Source of the DNA: Emiliania huxleyi CCMP1516
Lineage: Eukaryota
Assembly: GCF_000372725.1 (NCBI RefSeq)
Contig: NW_005202428.1
Location: 2,655,791-2,719,790, forward strand
Direction of reading: 5' to 3'
Length of the DNA stretch: 64,000 bases
Notes under the pieces: model-generated
The model's database searches: none
Told to the model about the DNA's origin: nothing
Seen by the model: only the letters and a program-made list of their open reading frames with translations
Program-made: the position numbers and the translations under genes
Shown: one piece after another, positions 46,559 to 59,114 of the stretch
How the letters are laid out: every line of letters begins with the position of its first letter
How positions within the stretch are numbered: position 1 is the stretch's first letter

Positions 46559-48361
46559 CTGTTGCACGCCAACCGTGAACCACCGCCCAGCCAGTCCGGA
46601 CAAGGCGCAAAAACAGGCATTAGCGCCTCTCGCGTGGGCACTGACGGCACTGGCGCTGGTGTACAGACTGTATAGACTACACACACGTCAAAAATATGAG
46701 CAGCAGGAGCCAGTTTGGCCCCCCGCGGCCCTCCGCACCGCGCCTGGCGCCCAGCCGCTGCACGCACTGCGGGCGCGGAGGTCGACTATCGCCTCTCGGA
46801 GAGGCGAGCAGCGCGGCGCGAGCCGGCAAAGCGGCGCGGATCCGTCCTTGTCCACCACGAGGACTTGCCTCAGCCGCTCAGAAGTGGCCTGCAAGCGTGC
46901 GGCCGGCGCTGGTGAGCGTGAGGGATGGCAGAAACTCCCTCTCGCTGCAGTGGCGGGCAGGCGGGCGAGAGGCACCTCTCGGAGAGGCGAGCAGCGCGGC
47001 GCGAGCCGGCAAAGCGGCGCGGATCCGTCCTTGTCCACCACGAGGACTTGCCTCAGCCGCTCAGAAGTGGCCTGCAAGCGTGCGGCCGGCGCTGGTGAGC
47101 GTGAGGGATGGCAGAAACTCCCTCTCGCTGCAGTGGCGGGCAGGCGGGCGAGAGGCACCTCTCGGAGAGGCGAGCAGCGCGGCGCGAGCCGGCAAAGCGG
47201 CGCGGATCCGTCCTTGTCCACCACGAGGACTTGCCTCAGCCGCTCAGAAGTGGCCTGCAAGCGTGCGGCCGGCGCTGGTGAGCGTGAGGGATGGCAGAAA
47301 CTCCCTCTCGCTGCAGTGGCGGGCAGGCGGGCGAGAGGCACCTCTCGGAGAGGCGAGCAGCGCGGCGCGAGCCGGCAAAGCGGCGCGGATCCGTCCTTGT
47401 CCACCACGAGGACTTGCCTCAGCCGCTCAGAAGTGGCCTGCAAGCGTGCGGCCGGCGCTGGTGAGCGTGAGGGATGGCAGAAAACTCCCTTTTGCCCGTT
47501 TTGCCCCTTGTCAGCTGACCTTTCCAGCGATGTGTGGCGAAGAACCGACCACGCCGCGCATGGGTGTGTTCATACTGGTGGACAACACCACCTAACCGCG
47601 GCTATTTGAGCCGCCGCGCCCCCAGAGCCGCGGAAGCCTGGCGCAGCGACGGCGCTGCGGCACTGCGGCGTCGCGGCCGCAGCGCGTGAGGCGCGGCGCG
47701 TCAAGTCGCCTTCAACCGCTCCGGTCCGCTGCCGCAGGGCCCAGGGATGGCGCTGAGACGCTCGGGTGCGACATGAAGGCCTTAGGGCGCGCGCTCAAGC
47801 CGCCAGCCGCGCACAGCGATTTTGAGCTGTCCGTGGGTGGTTCACGTAAACGCACAACCCCGGGCCCGAAATCGCACACAGACAGTCAGACATGCAACAC
47901 GGGGTCCCAGGGAAGGCGAGCAAAAACTTTATCGTGCGCGCTAGACGCCGACTCGGAGGCCGCACCGGTCATGCGCGCAGCCGGAGAGAGAGGGAGGCGC
48001 TCAATCGCCGAACTCGGCGAGCGCCTCCAGCGTCTCCGCTTCGTACGCATCCTCCTCCCAGCAATTGAGCGCCTCCTCCACCCCCGCGCCCGCGCCCGCA
48101 GCGTCCGTGCCCGCGAGGATGGCAGCGACGCGCTCCCTCTGCCGAGCCTTCGCCTCCGCCTTCGCCTCCTGGGCGTCCGCCTCCATGACCCGCACCACCT
48201 GCTCCCTCCACACGGCGACCCGCCCGGCCAGCTGGAGGAAGGCGTCCGACGACAGCGGGAGCGCGCTCTCAGCCTGCGTGTTGCGCCTGGCCCACATAAA
48301 CGCACAACTCCGGACCCAAGACGCACAAGCACGTGGGTGGTTCACGGTTGGCGTGCAACAG
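46559..48361. mobile_element. 1.8 kb element with perfect 26-bp TIRs, containing a 183-bp tandem array
   Basis: CTGTTGCACGCCAACCGTGAACCACC (46559-46584) is the reverse complement of 48336-48361. No clear TSD. Confidence 0.65.
46792..47489. repeat. Perfect 183-bp tandem repeat, about 3.8 copies
   Basis: Units start at 46792, 46975, 47158 and 47341. Confidence 0.95.
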
Positions 48362-49308
48362 CGCGAACGTTCTTCCGTGATTGCGCTCGATGACACAATG
48401 TGTGCGCCGCGAAAGCCAAAGCGAGAGAAGAAAGAAGCCGGCAGCGACACGCGGTTGGCCACACACGGTGCCACAGCCCCGCCGAGCATCTCCGAGGGCG
48501 AGAGAGAACATGCAGACTCGAGGAGACACACCGCTCACCGCTCGCACCGTGCTCACACACGTCACAGCGGGACGATTGTGGAAGCTGACGCGGGACGAAA
48601 GAAAGAGGTGTAACACCCTGGCAACACCGCGCGCACGCCTTGAGCGCCGTCTGAACGTCCTGGACAACGCCATGCCACGCAAAGCAGCAAGAGCGGCGTG
48701 CCATCTCGCACCCGTGCCGTCCTAGCTCGACTGCGTCGCCAGCCTGGGCCGCTGAGAGTGGAATCTCCTGACTTCTAAGTGGAAGTCAGCTTCCTTCGAC
48801 GTGAGATCGCACTGAATGGGGGAGCTTGCTAATTCAGGCTCTCGTCCGCATCGGGGTCGTACCCAAAGCTCACACCCTCCAGAAAGTCCACATCGCCGAT
48901 CAACGCCCTCCAGAAAGACCGGTCAATGGCAGCAAATACTCGTTTCAGCCTCGACGGCTGCGCCGCCTTGCGCCGAGCCAACAGCGCCCGTGCCGCCTCC
49001 CTCTTGGGCGCTAACAGCCTGTCCAGCTGATCATGCAACTCTCTGCAGCTGGCCGCGAGATGCACCACCGGAGCGATGCCACACCCTCCGGCCACCTTCT
49101 CCAGTAGCTCGGGCGGGAGCGCGAGAAGCAGCGACCCATGGCTCGGTCCGTTGCTGGCACCGGCGCTTTCGAACACTCGGCAGCTAGTGATGCAGCGGTC
49201 TCTGTCGCTCAACATACCAGCCGGCATACCATAGCCGAACGTTCGCCGAGACGTGCGTCCACGGCGGCTGTGTTTTCTTTTTCCTAGTCTCCTTCTGTCA
49301 CTGTATCT

Positions 49309-50750
49309 TTATCTCCCATCAAATATCTCTCCTACTCTCCCTCCCCACAAGTCGGTGGAGAGGTACTTTAGGCCACTGTCGCAGACGACGCACGCCACCG
49401 TGCCTCCCGCGTGGGCTCCGCGCAGTATTTGCACCGCCGCCGCGACATTGGCACCGCCGGAGAAGCCGGCAAAGACGCCCTCAAACCGCGCGAGTTGGCG
49501 GCACGTCTCCGCCGCCTCGGAGGAAGACACCTGTTCGGGATGTGGCACTGCTGTCCACGTGGCAGCTCGGCGACGTCTCGGCGATGCCTCGGGCCTGCAG
49601 GTAGCCGTCAGGCGGCTCGGCGGCGGCGAGCGGCGTGAGCGCCGCCATCGCGTAGCCTCCACCTACTCGCCTCTGGTCTTGCGTCATCAGCGTCGACGGT
49701 CCTTGTTCGGCTCAACTGGCCCACCTTGGATCTTGTGCGGCGCGGCGGCGTGTGGCGCGTCATTGCCGGCGAGCACCGCGGCGCCCTGCGGTTCGACTAC
49801 ATAGCAGCGCACGCCGGGCAGCTCGCGCCTAGAATGTTGGGCATCTCGGCTGCGTCTCGGCTGCACACGGGACTCATCTGGGTGGCCCGCCGGAGTCTCA
49901 CCGCAGCGCGGTCGCAACGCCGGCAAAGGTGCCGCCGCTGCCGACAAAGTCGACAAAGGCGTCGATGGAGAGGCCCGCGCCGCGGGTCTGAGCCAGAAGC
50001 TCCGGCCCAGTATGCTGCAGGTGCGCACGCGCGTTGCCGCCGAGCTCAAACTGGTCTGCTCGGAAGGCGCCACGCTCCGCCGCCAGCGCCTCCGTCACCT
50101 CGGACACGCGGCGGAGGTCTGCGCCCGACACCTGGCCGGGAAGTGACCCCTCGCACTGATCGACGAGCACGACCTCGGCCCCGAGGGCTCGCATCATCCG
50201 CGCGCGCTCGGCAGAATTGCCGCGCGACATGACGGCAACGAACGGGTGGCTGAGCGCCGCGCATACGATAGCGAGCCCGGTGCCGGTGTTGCCGCTCGTC
50301 AGCTCGACGACCGGCTGGCCCGGCGCGAGGCTGCCGTCCGCACAAAATCGCGCTGGCGCGTGCTGGCACTTACGTCCACTAAGCGATGCCCGCCCACAGC
50401 ACGACAGCAGCTGCAGCGGCGGGCGCCTCCCTGCTCATCATCTACCTCTGTCGCCAGCGTCCAAAGCCGGTACGAAAGTGGAGCAGCGTACATGCAGCGG
50501 TCTACCCCGGCCCGCCTCCTCGATGATCTGCCTCGCGATCCGATCCTTCTTGGAGAAGCCCGGCGAGAGGTATTCGAGCTTGGCGACGAGCCGCCCCTGC
50601 AGGCCGAGATGCGCAGCGAGCCGCGAGAGCTCGACGCTGGGGGTGCCGTGGATGGCGTGCATGGCGGAGGGGAGGACGGTGCTCACACAGCGAGCCTTCC
50701 TGGCTCCCTGATGCCACCTGTAGAGTGGCCGTAGTCGGTGCCGGTGCATC
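49309..50750 (-). CDS. Cysteine synthase-family PLP-dependent enzyme, multi-exon; start approximate
   Basis: IHGTPSVEL, AKLEYLSPGFSKKDR (PLP lysine), ELTSGNTGTGLA, RALGAEVVL, FVGSGGTFAGV, HKIQG, EGVFAGFSGGANV and CDSGLKYLST. Confidence 0.9.
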
Positions 50751-53270
50751 AGTCGTTTCCGAGGCTGGTGGAACAAGCGACCGGGTCTGGAACACCGGGT
50801 GGTGGAACAGCCTGCGCGGCGCGGGCGGGCGCGCGGGCGGCGCGGCGGCGGCGCTAAGGCGGTTTCTTTTTTCGGGTCTCCCCTCGAAACGGGAGCTCTT
50901 TTATTTAGTTACACTAGGCACGGGACTGGCGCGCGTGAAAATTTGAGAATTTTGCTGCTTCCTTGATTGACCCCGTTGGGCCACGGTGACTAGGGAAGGG
51001 GAAGGAAGCAGAGTTCAGTTCAGCAACGTATTCACGGGCGTCTCAGCAATTGGCCGGTCGACAAATTTTACCGCCGACGGTCAAATTGGACCTTCGTTCT
51101 TTGCTCGCCAACAACGGCGAAGCGAGTCCGGGCGGGGCGCTACTGCGCCTCGCCCCGGGCAGCGCCCACCCAGAGGCGCCGCGGGTTTCTGTGCCGGCGG
51201 CTGGCCTCTGCAGGGCGCTTAGGGGACCCCTAGGCTTAAAAGGGTGGGCCCTGGGGCGCCTGCGGCTTAAACGGCTTAAAACCTGCCTAGGCCGGTTTTA
51301 AGAGCTGCTGGGCCGCCGATTCCTTAAACGGTCTTAAACGCTTAAACGGTGCGGGAGAGCTCCCAAGGTCTCGATGGTCCGGGAGGCCCGCCGGTAGACG
51401 CCGGAGGCCGGGAAGCTGGCTACAGTCTCAGCTAGCACGCGTCCCCTATGCGAGTATGGCTCCTGCCAGTGCACCAGACTTACAGGCGCGGAACCCAGCG
51501 ACGCATGCTGGTGAGGCCGATTTTCATACGGGTGCTTTGGCAGCTTTCCTATTCGCTGTTGATTTGCGATTTTGGCGCTAGCTCTGGGGCGGCCGTGAGA
51601 GCCAGATCCCAGGCAGCGCCGAGGCACCAATGGGACCTCAAGTCTCGACGGGAGGCAGTCGATTATCGGGCGGGAGGGCTCCAGTGTGGCGGCCACCTGG
51701 TCCCTCTCGCAGGGGAGCCGAACGTCTTTCCTCTCTGTCCTTCGACCATCCATGTACTCCGCGATGGTCAACATCCTTCTTCCCTGCACCGTGTCTTGCG
51801 GCCTTCGGTTCAAGTGGCTTTCACCTATCGCTAACGGCCACAGGCTCGACAACTTGCACTTGGAGCACTTGGAGTGCAGTCATTATCTCATTAACCTCAC
51901 ATCCAGGGCCCGGGGAGCTAAGAAGCGCACCCAGCGGGCCGGATGATCGATATCGGGTTGCTGGCAAGAGAGCCCTAGCCCTGGGGGGTGCGCGGTCGCA
52001 GGGCCATAACACGGGTCTCCGAGGGTTGGCTCCGTGTACCGGGTTTCCCCTTAACTGCAGAACGCACCCTCTACTCGGAGCTAAAAGAATACTCTCCGAG
52101 GGTTAGTCTGCGCTTTGGGTTTCCCCTAGCTGCGGAGCGCCCCCTCTACTCGGAGCTAGTGGACCCGACCCTAGCTAGTGATACGAGAATACGTACCGCC
52201 CCCATGCAACTCCTCGACGAGAATACGAGAATACGCAGCTGCGAGACGCCTATAAAGAAACAGCGAGGTAAAGTTCGGCGGCTTATGATAAACCGAAAGT
52301 TGTCGTAAAACGCGGGCGAAAGCAAAGCATAGGGCGGGCGCTTTTGCCGCAGCGATGCCCGCAGCCTGTCGAGCAGCTTCCGCGGCGCCCATGCGCCGCG
52401 GGGTTGACCGACAGCCGCGCCGCTCGAGCCATCCGTGCCACGCGCGGCGACGCGCACACCGCGCGCCAGTCAGCGCACTGGTAGTACTGCACCAGCCAGC
52501 ACGGCGTGGAGCAATGTATTGAGGGCATTGTACTGGGCGCCAGCCAGCATGCCTCAGCACAGAGCGAGAGAGCATGTTGCGCACCCTGGCGCAACGTCAG
52601 CTCGCTCCCAATCAGGCTCTCTCACCGCCGCAGAGCAGTCCACGAGCACCTGCAGCTGTGCTGCTCAACGCTCAAGCTCTGGAGCCTCCCCTCGTTGTCA
52701 CAGCTTTGCGCAGTGCAGCGTGCGAGCAGCGCAGGCCAGGCCGACCTCTGGCACGCCCGGGCGGCCGTGAGACGGAGGCCCGCCGAGCGAGTGCGAGCCG
52801 CATCGGCGGCCATGTCTCCCGCAGCCGCGAGCGAGCAGCGCAAAGAGGCATCGCGCATGCTTTCCGAAACGTCGGGGCTACGTCGGGGCTGCTGCCCCTT
52901 TTCAGTGTATGTACTTTTAGCTTACTGGGAGAAAAGAGAGAGGGGGGGGTGTTCTCTAGGCCCCTAAGGGCCCTATGCGCGGCGTGAGAGCTCGGAAGCG
53001 AGCTTTGCACGGCGATCGAGGATGGCACGGTTCACCCCCTTCACCGAAGCGATGGAGATGCGTTCCGCGTGGTGTGACACAAATGAGAGGCGGGAGTGGG
53101 GAGGGTACGCGGTGCGGTCAAGGTCTCTCACATCTCTCTCTCAGTGTATGTAGCTCTTACGTACATTACCGTAGGAGACTCTGCTGACAGGGTTTGCGAT
53201 GAGGAGCTACCCGAAGGGTTTCTTTTTAGGTTTAAGAATTTTAAGAAAATCACGACATAAAAAACGCGCC

Positions 53271-54759
53271 ATGTTCGCGCTGAGCTCCGCGCCGGCCGTC
53301 GTCGGTGCCGCGCGTGCCGCGTGGTGCGGCATCAGAAGCTGCAAGTCGGCCGTCGATAATGTCAACCGGCTGCGCCGGGCGCCCGAGAAACTCCGGAGCA
53401 TCGCGGACCTGTGCAGCTGCCTCCTCGAGCCGCTCTCGGTGGCAGAGGCGCTGGCGTCGCGGGAGGCCTCGCTCCGGCTCGTGGTCGCCGCCGTGGCCTT
53501 TGCGCGCTCCGCCGTGGTTGCGTGCAACATCCTGCTCGACACGTTCACCGAGGAGGACTCGTGGAGCGACTGGCTCAACTCGGCGGCCAAGCTCGAACAA
53601 CTGTCGCGTCTGGAGACCCGGCTGGCCAACGCGATGAGCGCGCTGCATCTCGCCCTCTCCGCGTCGGCCCTCTCGCTGCCGCCTCGCGCCGACGGCCTCC
53701 CGTCGTGGCAAGGCGCCTTCCGGTACGAGCCACGGGCGTTCGACCTCGCGCACGACGCGCTGCAGAACTTCGAGCAAGGCAGGTACCGCTCGGTCCTCCT
53801 CTCGATCGGCGAGCTGTGGCGGCGAGGCATCATGTCGAGCCAGAGCCGCAGCAGAGGGGGCGGGGCGACCGACGCTCTCGAGAAGCTCTTCTCGTGCCGG
53901 CTGCGGCTGCACCGCGGCCTGCCTCCTCCCCTCTCAAAGGGCGCGACCACGAGCCGCGGGGTGACGTCGCACCCCTGCAGGGCGAGGGCGGAGGCGTCGC
54001 TCGTGGAAGAGGCGGGCGAGTCGGAGGAGGAGGGCGAGGGGGAGGGCGAGGAGGGCGGGGCAGAGGGCGAGGAGGAGGAGGAGGAGGAGGAGGAGGAGGA
54101 GGAGGTGGGGCCGCCGAGCAGGCAAGAGGTCGACGAGCGGCTCTTCCTCCGCTTCAGCCGCCTCGAGCCGGGCCCCGACGGCGAGGTCGACGAGCTGCCT
54201 CCGCTCGAGCTCGACGCGACGGTCCGCCTCCGCAGGCTCTGGTCGCAGGAGCTCGCCGAGGAGCTGCCCGCCAGTCACGGGGGCGCCTTTCTCGAGGCTT
54301 TGCCGGTGGAGCTGCAGGCCGCTCGAGGCGCGGGCCCACCCCCAACCCGTCTGCTTGGGCCGGTAGGTGGTTGGCGGTCCCGGTGTCATCGTGTACGAGA
54401 TTCAGCCCTCGAGGCGGAGCCAGCCGACGGCGACGGCGGCGGCGCGGCCGCTCGTGCTCGCCTTCCAGTTCGGCGGCCGCTACTCGGCGGAGGCGTTCGA
54501 GGCGCTCGTCGGCCTCGCGGCGGCGACGCGGCAGGTGAGGGACGGCCGCACGAGCCGGCGCTGCACCTCTCGCAGCGCCGTGGACGTGTACGACCCGGAC
54601 CGGCCGGCACCCTTCGTGCACGAATTCTCCGCGGCGGGCTGCAAACTGCTCGGGCTGCCGCCGCAGGGCGGGGCGGCGACGCGGGCGGACGCGGCCGCGC
54701 TCGCCACGCCGATGAGGGGGCTGGCGCTCGGGAGCCCGTCCGAGCGGGCGACGACGTGA
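53271..54759 (+). CDS. Hypothetical protein (N-terminal helical domain, acidic tract), at least one intron near 54318-54366
   Basis: Long ORF with coding-like composition, continuing in frame 54367-54759. No recognised family. Confidence 0.55.
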
Positions 54760-54855
54760 GCCGGAACCCAAGGGAAAGAGCTTAGGAAACGAAAGAAAAC
54801 AGACAGCCAAGCCCGCTCCAAGGCGCAAGGCCTGAAATTCACGGCTGAAAAGGCC

Positions 54856-55750
54856 ACTGGTTGGGTAGTAGTCTAAGTTCTGAGCCTCGCGATTTAACGG
54901 GTCTAAGTGTGGCTAGCCACGCTGGAGTGCTTACGCGGTCTAAGATCAGCGGGAGCCTCTTACACCGGCTAAGTCGGCCATGGCACGCGATATACGGCGC
55001 TCGCGCCCAAATTTTCTTCGCCTGCGCGGCGGGCGATCGATCCTCCTCATGCTTAGCAATCGCCGCCTCAGCATCCTCCTCTTCCGATTCTCGTTGCTGC
55101 TTCTTGAGCGCACTTCGGCGACATCTAGCCAAATAGTTCTCACAAATAGCCTCAAGCTCAAACAAACGCATGTCAGAGAAGCCTGTGTATGCTGGTCCTC
55201 TTTGAACGATCCGCGCGTGAGGTAGCATAGGGCCTTGTTGGCAGCAGCCAGCTTGTTGCGCTGCTTCGTTGCGATGAGCTGATTGGGATCGCAGAAGTGC
55301 ATGCCAAGCACCGCCACAATCTTGAAGCAGAACACATCGCAACCGCATCGTCCGCACTGCCATCGGCATGCCGCGCCCGCCGCTTCGCCGCAGCCGCCTT
55401 AAGGCACGCATAGCGTTAAGGCACGCATAGCGGCAGCACATGGTACGGTGCGCGTACTTGAGCAGGCGTTGCGCGCCGCAAGTAGCGCACTGGCCCTGGG
55501 AGACGGTGATATGGCGTCGTGCGCGGCATACGCTGGTCGGGACCGCGTCCAGGTATTTTTCGGGTAAACCTGGACTTTTGCAGGTATACCCGGGTTTTGC
55601 CCGGAGTTGGCCTCGTGTCGTCTAAGTTCATGGCCCCCGGCCTTCCAGCGTCTAAGTCTGAGCCCGGCTCCGTGCGGGGGCTAAGTTGAGCGCTCGCTCG
55701 CTGCAGAGGCTAAGTGTAGAGCGACCCTCTAGCCCTACTACCCAACCATT
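54856..55750. mobile_element. ~0.9 kb non-autonomous TIR element (hAT/Mutator-like) with an 8-9 bp TSD
   Basis: TIR core TGGTTGGGTAGTAG (54858-54871) and CTACTACCCAACCA (55735-55748); AAAAGGCCA at 54848-54856 and 55751-55759; subterminal G(T/G)CTAAG repeats at both ends. Confidence 0.85.
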
Positions 55751-56829
55751 AAAAGGCCAAAAGGGAGGGAGAGATGCAGATGGGAGAACGTCGCACACCA
55801 AATTCCTTGGAGTACTTGGAGGAGTGCAGTCGGCAGCTCACACCCAGGGCCGTAAGAAGCGCACCCAGCGGGCCGGATGAGCGGGATCGGGCTACGAGCA
55901 GCAGAAAGAAAGAAAGAAAGGACAGACAAACCCAAACGAGGGATGGGATGACAGACAAACCCAAACGAGGGATGGGATGGGGAGGAGGACAGGGTCGAGC
56001 AGCAGAAAGAAAGAAAAAGAGCGCAAACGGATTCATCGAGTAACTGATTTTGGCCCATGCGCATGCTCTTCCTCGTGCTCGTCGCGCGCTCGGGAGCCGG
56101 AGTGGCGGGGTCGGAGCTGCTGCAACGGCGCGAGTGGCCGCGAGGGGTCGTGCTGGGGCTCGCCAGAGAACGAGGCCACGGCGCGGCGCTCGCGGCGGCG
56201 CACGGGGCAGCTTTGAGCAGTGCAGCGCCTCAACATCAGCTTCAAGCAGTGCAGCGCAACGCCAGTGGCCTCTCTGGAGCTGTGCGGCGGCTGGCGGGCC
56301 TGTGCGACGGCGCCGATCCGTGGGCTCGGGACGCGCAGTCGGCTCGCGTGCCGGTTGCCGAGTCAGCCTGGCTGGCGAGAAGCGCCAAGGCCTTCCCTGC
56401 ATTCTGGGCGCTGCCCAGAAGTGCGCAGTGCCTTTGCTGCGCCGACGGGCGGCCTCGATGCGGATCGCCGCGAGTGGCGTGGGAGCCTCCAGTGGCACGG
56501 TCGTTGGTCAACACCGCGGCGCGCGCGCGCCGCGAGTGCTGCACAACAAGCGGAGGGCATGGGCGGGCGCTCTATCGCTTTCCGGAGCCCAACTTTGACT
56601 ATCGATTGCCGCCGGTTATTATAACCGATGGGAGATCGTTCCGGCAGACGGAGGGATTCAACGCGGCGATAACTGCCCGAGACGTCCCTAACCTTTATTT
56701 ATTTCTGCCCTGCTTCAGGAACCGGAGGCCGTCTTCCTCAACCAACCAAACCTCATTACCGACTGCCGGTCGTTGGGGACACGTGACTCCTGCAAAGGGC
56801 AGTGTCTCCACCCGGGAGTCGGACATTCC

Positions 56830-57360
56830 AAACCCCCCCCTGCCCCCTCTCTCTCCCCCCCCCATCCTAGCCCTCTTTCTCTCTCCTCCTCTTTCTTTCT
56901 CTCCTTCTCCCTCATTCCCCCCCCCTCCCCCCTCTCCATCTTTGCCGCCCCCGTGCCAACCCCCGCCGCCGCCTCGCCTGCCTCCACCTCTTCTGCCACC
57001 TCACCCTTCGCTCCCCCCGCCGCCGCCGTTACCTCCCCCACCCCCTCCCTCGCCGTTACCACCGTTACCCCATCCGTGGCCGCCGACACCAACCCCCTCG
57101 CCCCCTCCGCCGCCTCCCTCTCCACAGCCGCCGTCGCCACCTTCTCCATCACCCTCGCCCCCCTCTCCTCCACCTCCTCCGTTGCCGCCGCCTCTGCAAC
57201 CCCCTCCCTGGCCGCCTCCACCAAGACCGTCATCCCATCGACCCTCTCCCCCGCCTTCCTCTCCGCCGCCACCGTCCCCGCCGCCCCCTCCGTACCCGCC
57301 TCCCCCTCCGTCGCCACCGCCATCGCCATCGCCATCGCCGGTTCCGCCGCCCCTGACACC
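56830..57360 (+). repeat. C-rich low-complexity tract (Pro/Ser-rich if translated)
   Basis: Degenerate CCN triplets; no complete gene model found. Confidence 0.6.
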
Positions 57361-57590
57361 GGCTGCGCTAGCTCCCCGGCCCTGGGTGTGCGGTTGCCGA
57401 CTGCACTCCAAGTGCTCCAAGTGCAAACACACAACCCGAGGGAGGGATGGGAGGAAAACGCCGCGGCACGCGGCTTGGAGCACTTCTGCACTTGGAGTGG
57501 CGAGTGCAGTTGGCAGCCTCATTTCCACAGCGGCTCCTTTGAGTTTTTTGCGCAGCGCGGCTGGGTGCACCTGCTGGGTTCCGGCTCCTA

Positions 57591-57998
57591 CCCAGATAGG
57601 GGGTCTGTTCTCCACGACTCGCACCAAAACGCCCTACCTACCTACCTATTGCGGGCGCCAATCGCCAGGCTCCGTGCCCCACCTACCTACCTATTCCCAG
57701 GCCGCGCAGCGAAGCGAAAGAATACCCGTTAGCCCTCTGTGAATACCCGTTAGTCTCGGCTGGCGTCCCAGCCGCAGGCGACTCGCCTGGCATGGCCCCG
57801 TTCCGGCTAACGCGCGGCCCGTCTCCCGCGCAAGCGAAGCGGTTTTTTTACTTTCACCCCCCCCCCCCCCCCACCACCACCACCACCACCTACCTACCTA
57901 CCTATTGCGGGGCCCTCTGGGGCGGTCAAAACCGGACCTATTGCAATACCTACCTATTGCATAGGGTCTAACCGTGGACCACAGACCCCCTATCTGGG
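57591..57998. mobile_element. 408-bp MITE with 18-bp TIRs flanked by TA (Tc1/mariner-like)
   Basis: TA|CCCAGATAGGGGGTCTGT ... ACAGACCCCCTATCTGGG|TA; internal CCTACCTACCTATTGC repeats; partial second copy at 44613. Confidence 0.85.
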
Positions 57999-58022
57999 TA
58001 TAGGAGCCGGAACCCTGGGACC

Positions 58023-58700
58023 ATGCCGGGCCGCTCCAGTCTGGACAAGCCGCTGTTACCACCCGTGGTGGCGGGCGAGCCGCTCACGGACTCGGCGAGG
58101 GCGCACGGGCTCTGGGAGCCGTTGGCAGCTATCCCGGCAGGCGCGCGGTTGAAGAGGCGAGACGGTGAGCCGCTCACGGATAGTGAGTACGTGCTCTGGG
58201 AAGGCAGCACCTGGGAGCGGTGCTGCTGGCCTTGCTGCTGCTGTGCGCCGTGCTGCTGCGTCGCCTCTCACTGGACGCTGACGAGCCGGCGCTTCGACAA
58301 GCGGCACGGCTGCTGTGGCATGTCGGAAGACACGCTCGACCTGCGGCGCATTGCAGACGTGCACTTCGACGCGGGCGCCTTCCCATGTGCGTGCTGCGCG
58401 CCGCCCTGCCTGAGACCTCCTCCAGAGGCCGAGCTGATGCGCGGGCCGTGTTGCTGGCAGGCTGCCTGTGCACGGGCGTAGTGCGGGTCTTTGCGCCTGC
58501 CGACATCGACGCGGAGGAGGGCGGGCTAGTCGTAGACACGTACGACGCGAGGACGCTCTTCTCGCGGCTCAAGTTCGCTTGGACGCAGGCGAGTGCTAAG
58601 CTGCTGCTCGTTCACACCAATGAGGCCGCCTCACGCTCACAAACTCTGATCTCGTCGCACAGGCGAGCGCCGCGGCGATCGGTGTGGAGAGGCATGGAGG
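58023..58700 (+). CDS. Small Cys-rich protein with a PH-like (bPH_2/DUF304-like) domain, multi-exon; end approximate
   Basis: EYVLWEG...CCWPCCCCAPCCC...HWTLTSRRFDKRHGCCGMSEDTLDLRRIADVHF, then TGVVRVFA. Confidence 0.55.
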
Positions 58701-59114
58701 CGGCGGCGATGGCGGCGACCACCACGCGGCCTGACTGCGCCAGAAATCGCAACTCCTGCCCTTGCCTTGATTGGCTCTGAGTCTAGGCGACCTAGTTTTT
58801 GCTCACAGTACCGCCAGGAGTCGTTTACTAGCCATCCTCACCGCTAGCGCTAGAGCCGTACGCTTTTTGATTCCTCCACTCGATCGTGAAGTCAAACTAG
58901 AGCTCTCTGTCAGCACCCCGCGGCTGCAGTGTAGAGCTCTACATGTACTACCTATGCGCACAATGATCGCGCACCAACGTACTGACGTAGAAGAATCATC
59001 CGGCCGTGGCCCGTGCGCTCAACCTCGACCAACCTGTATAGTGGTGGGCGTAGAGGCTAGAGCGGGCTCCACAGCCAGGGGAGAGGAAGACGAGAGACAC
59101 AGACTGCACTTAAG

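Noticed and set aside
46575..47609. Long repeat-protein ORFs
   Set aside because: Open in several frames only because the 183-bp unit is divisible by 3 and GC-rich; no protein-like motifs.
48829..49227. F-box-like LLALPPELLEKV ORF
   Set aside because: Short, isolated and probably decayed; insufficient support for a call.
51215..51350. Cluster of CTTAAA(CG) motifs
   Set aside because: Probably a TE subterminal remnant, but no matching second end or TSD was found.
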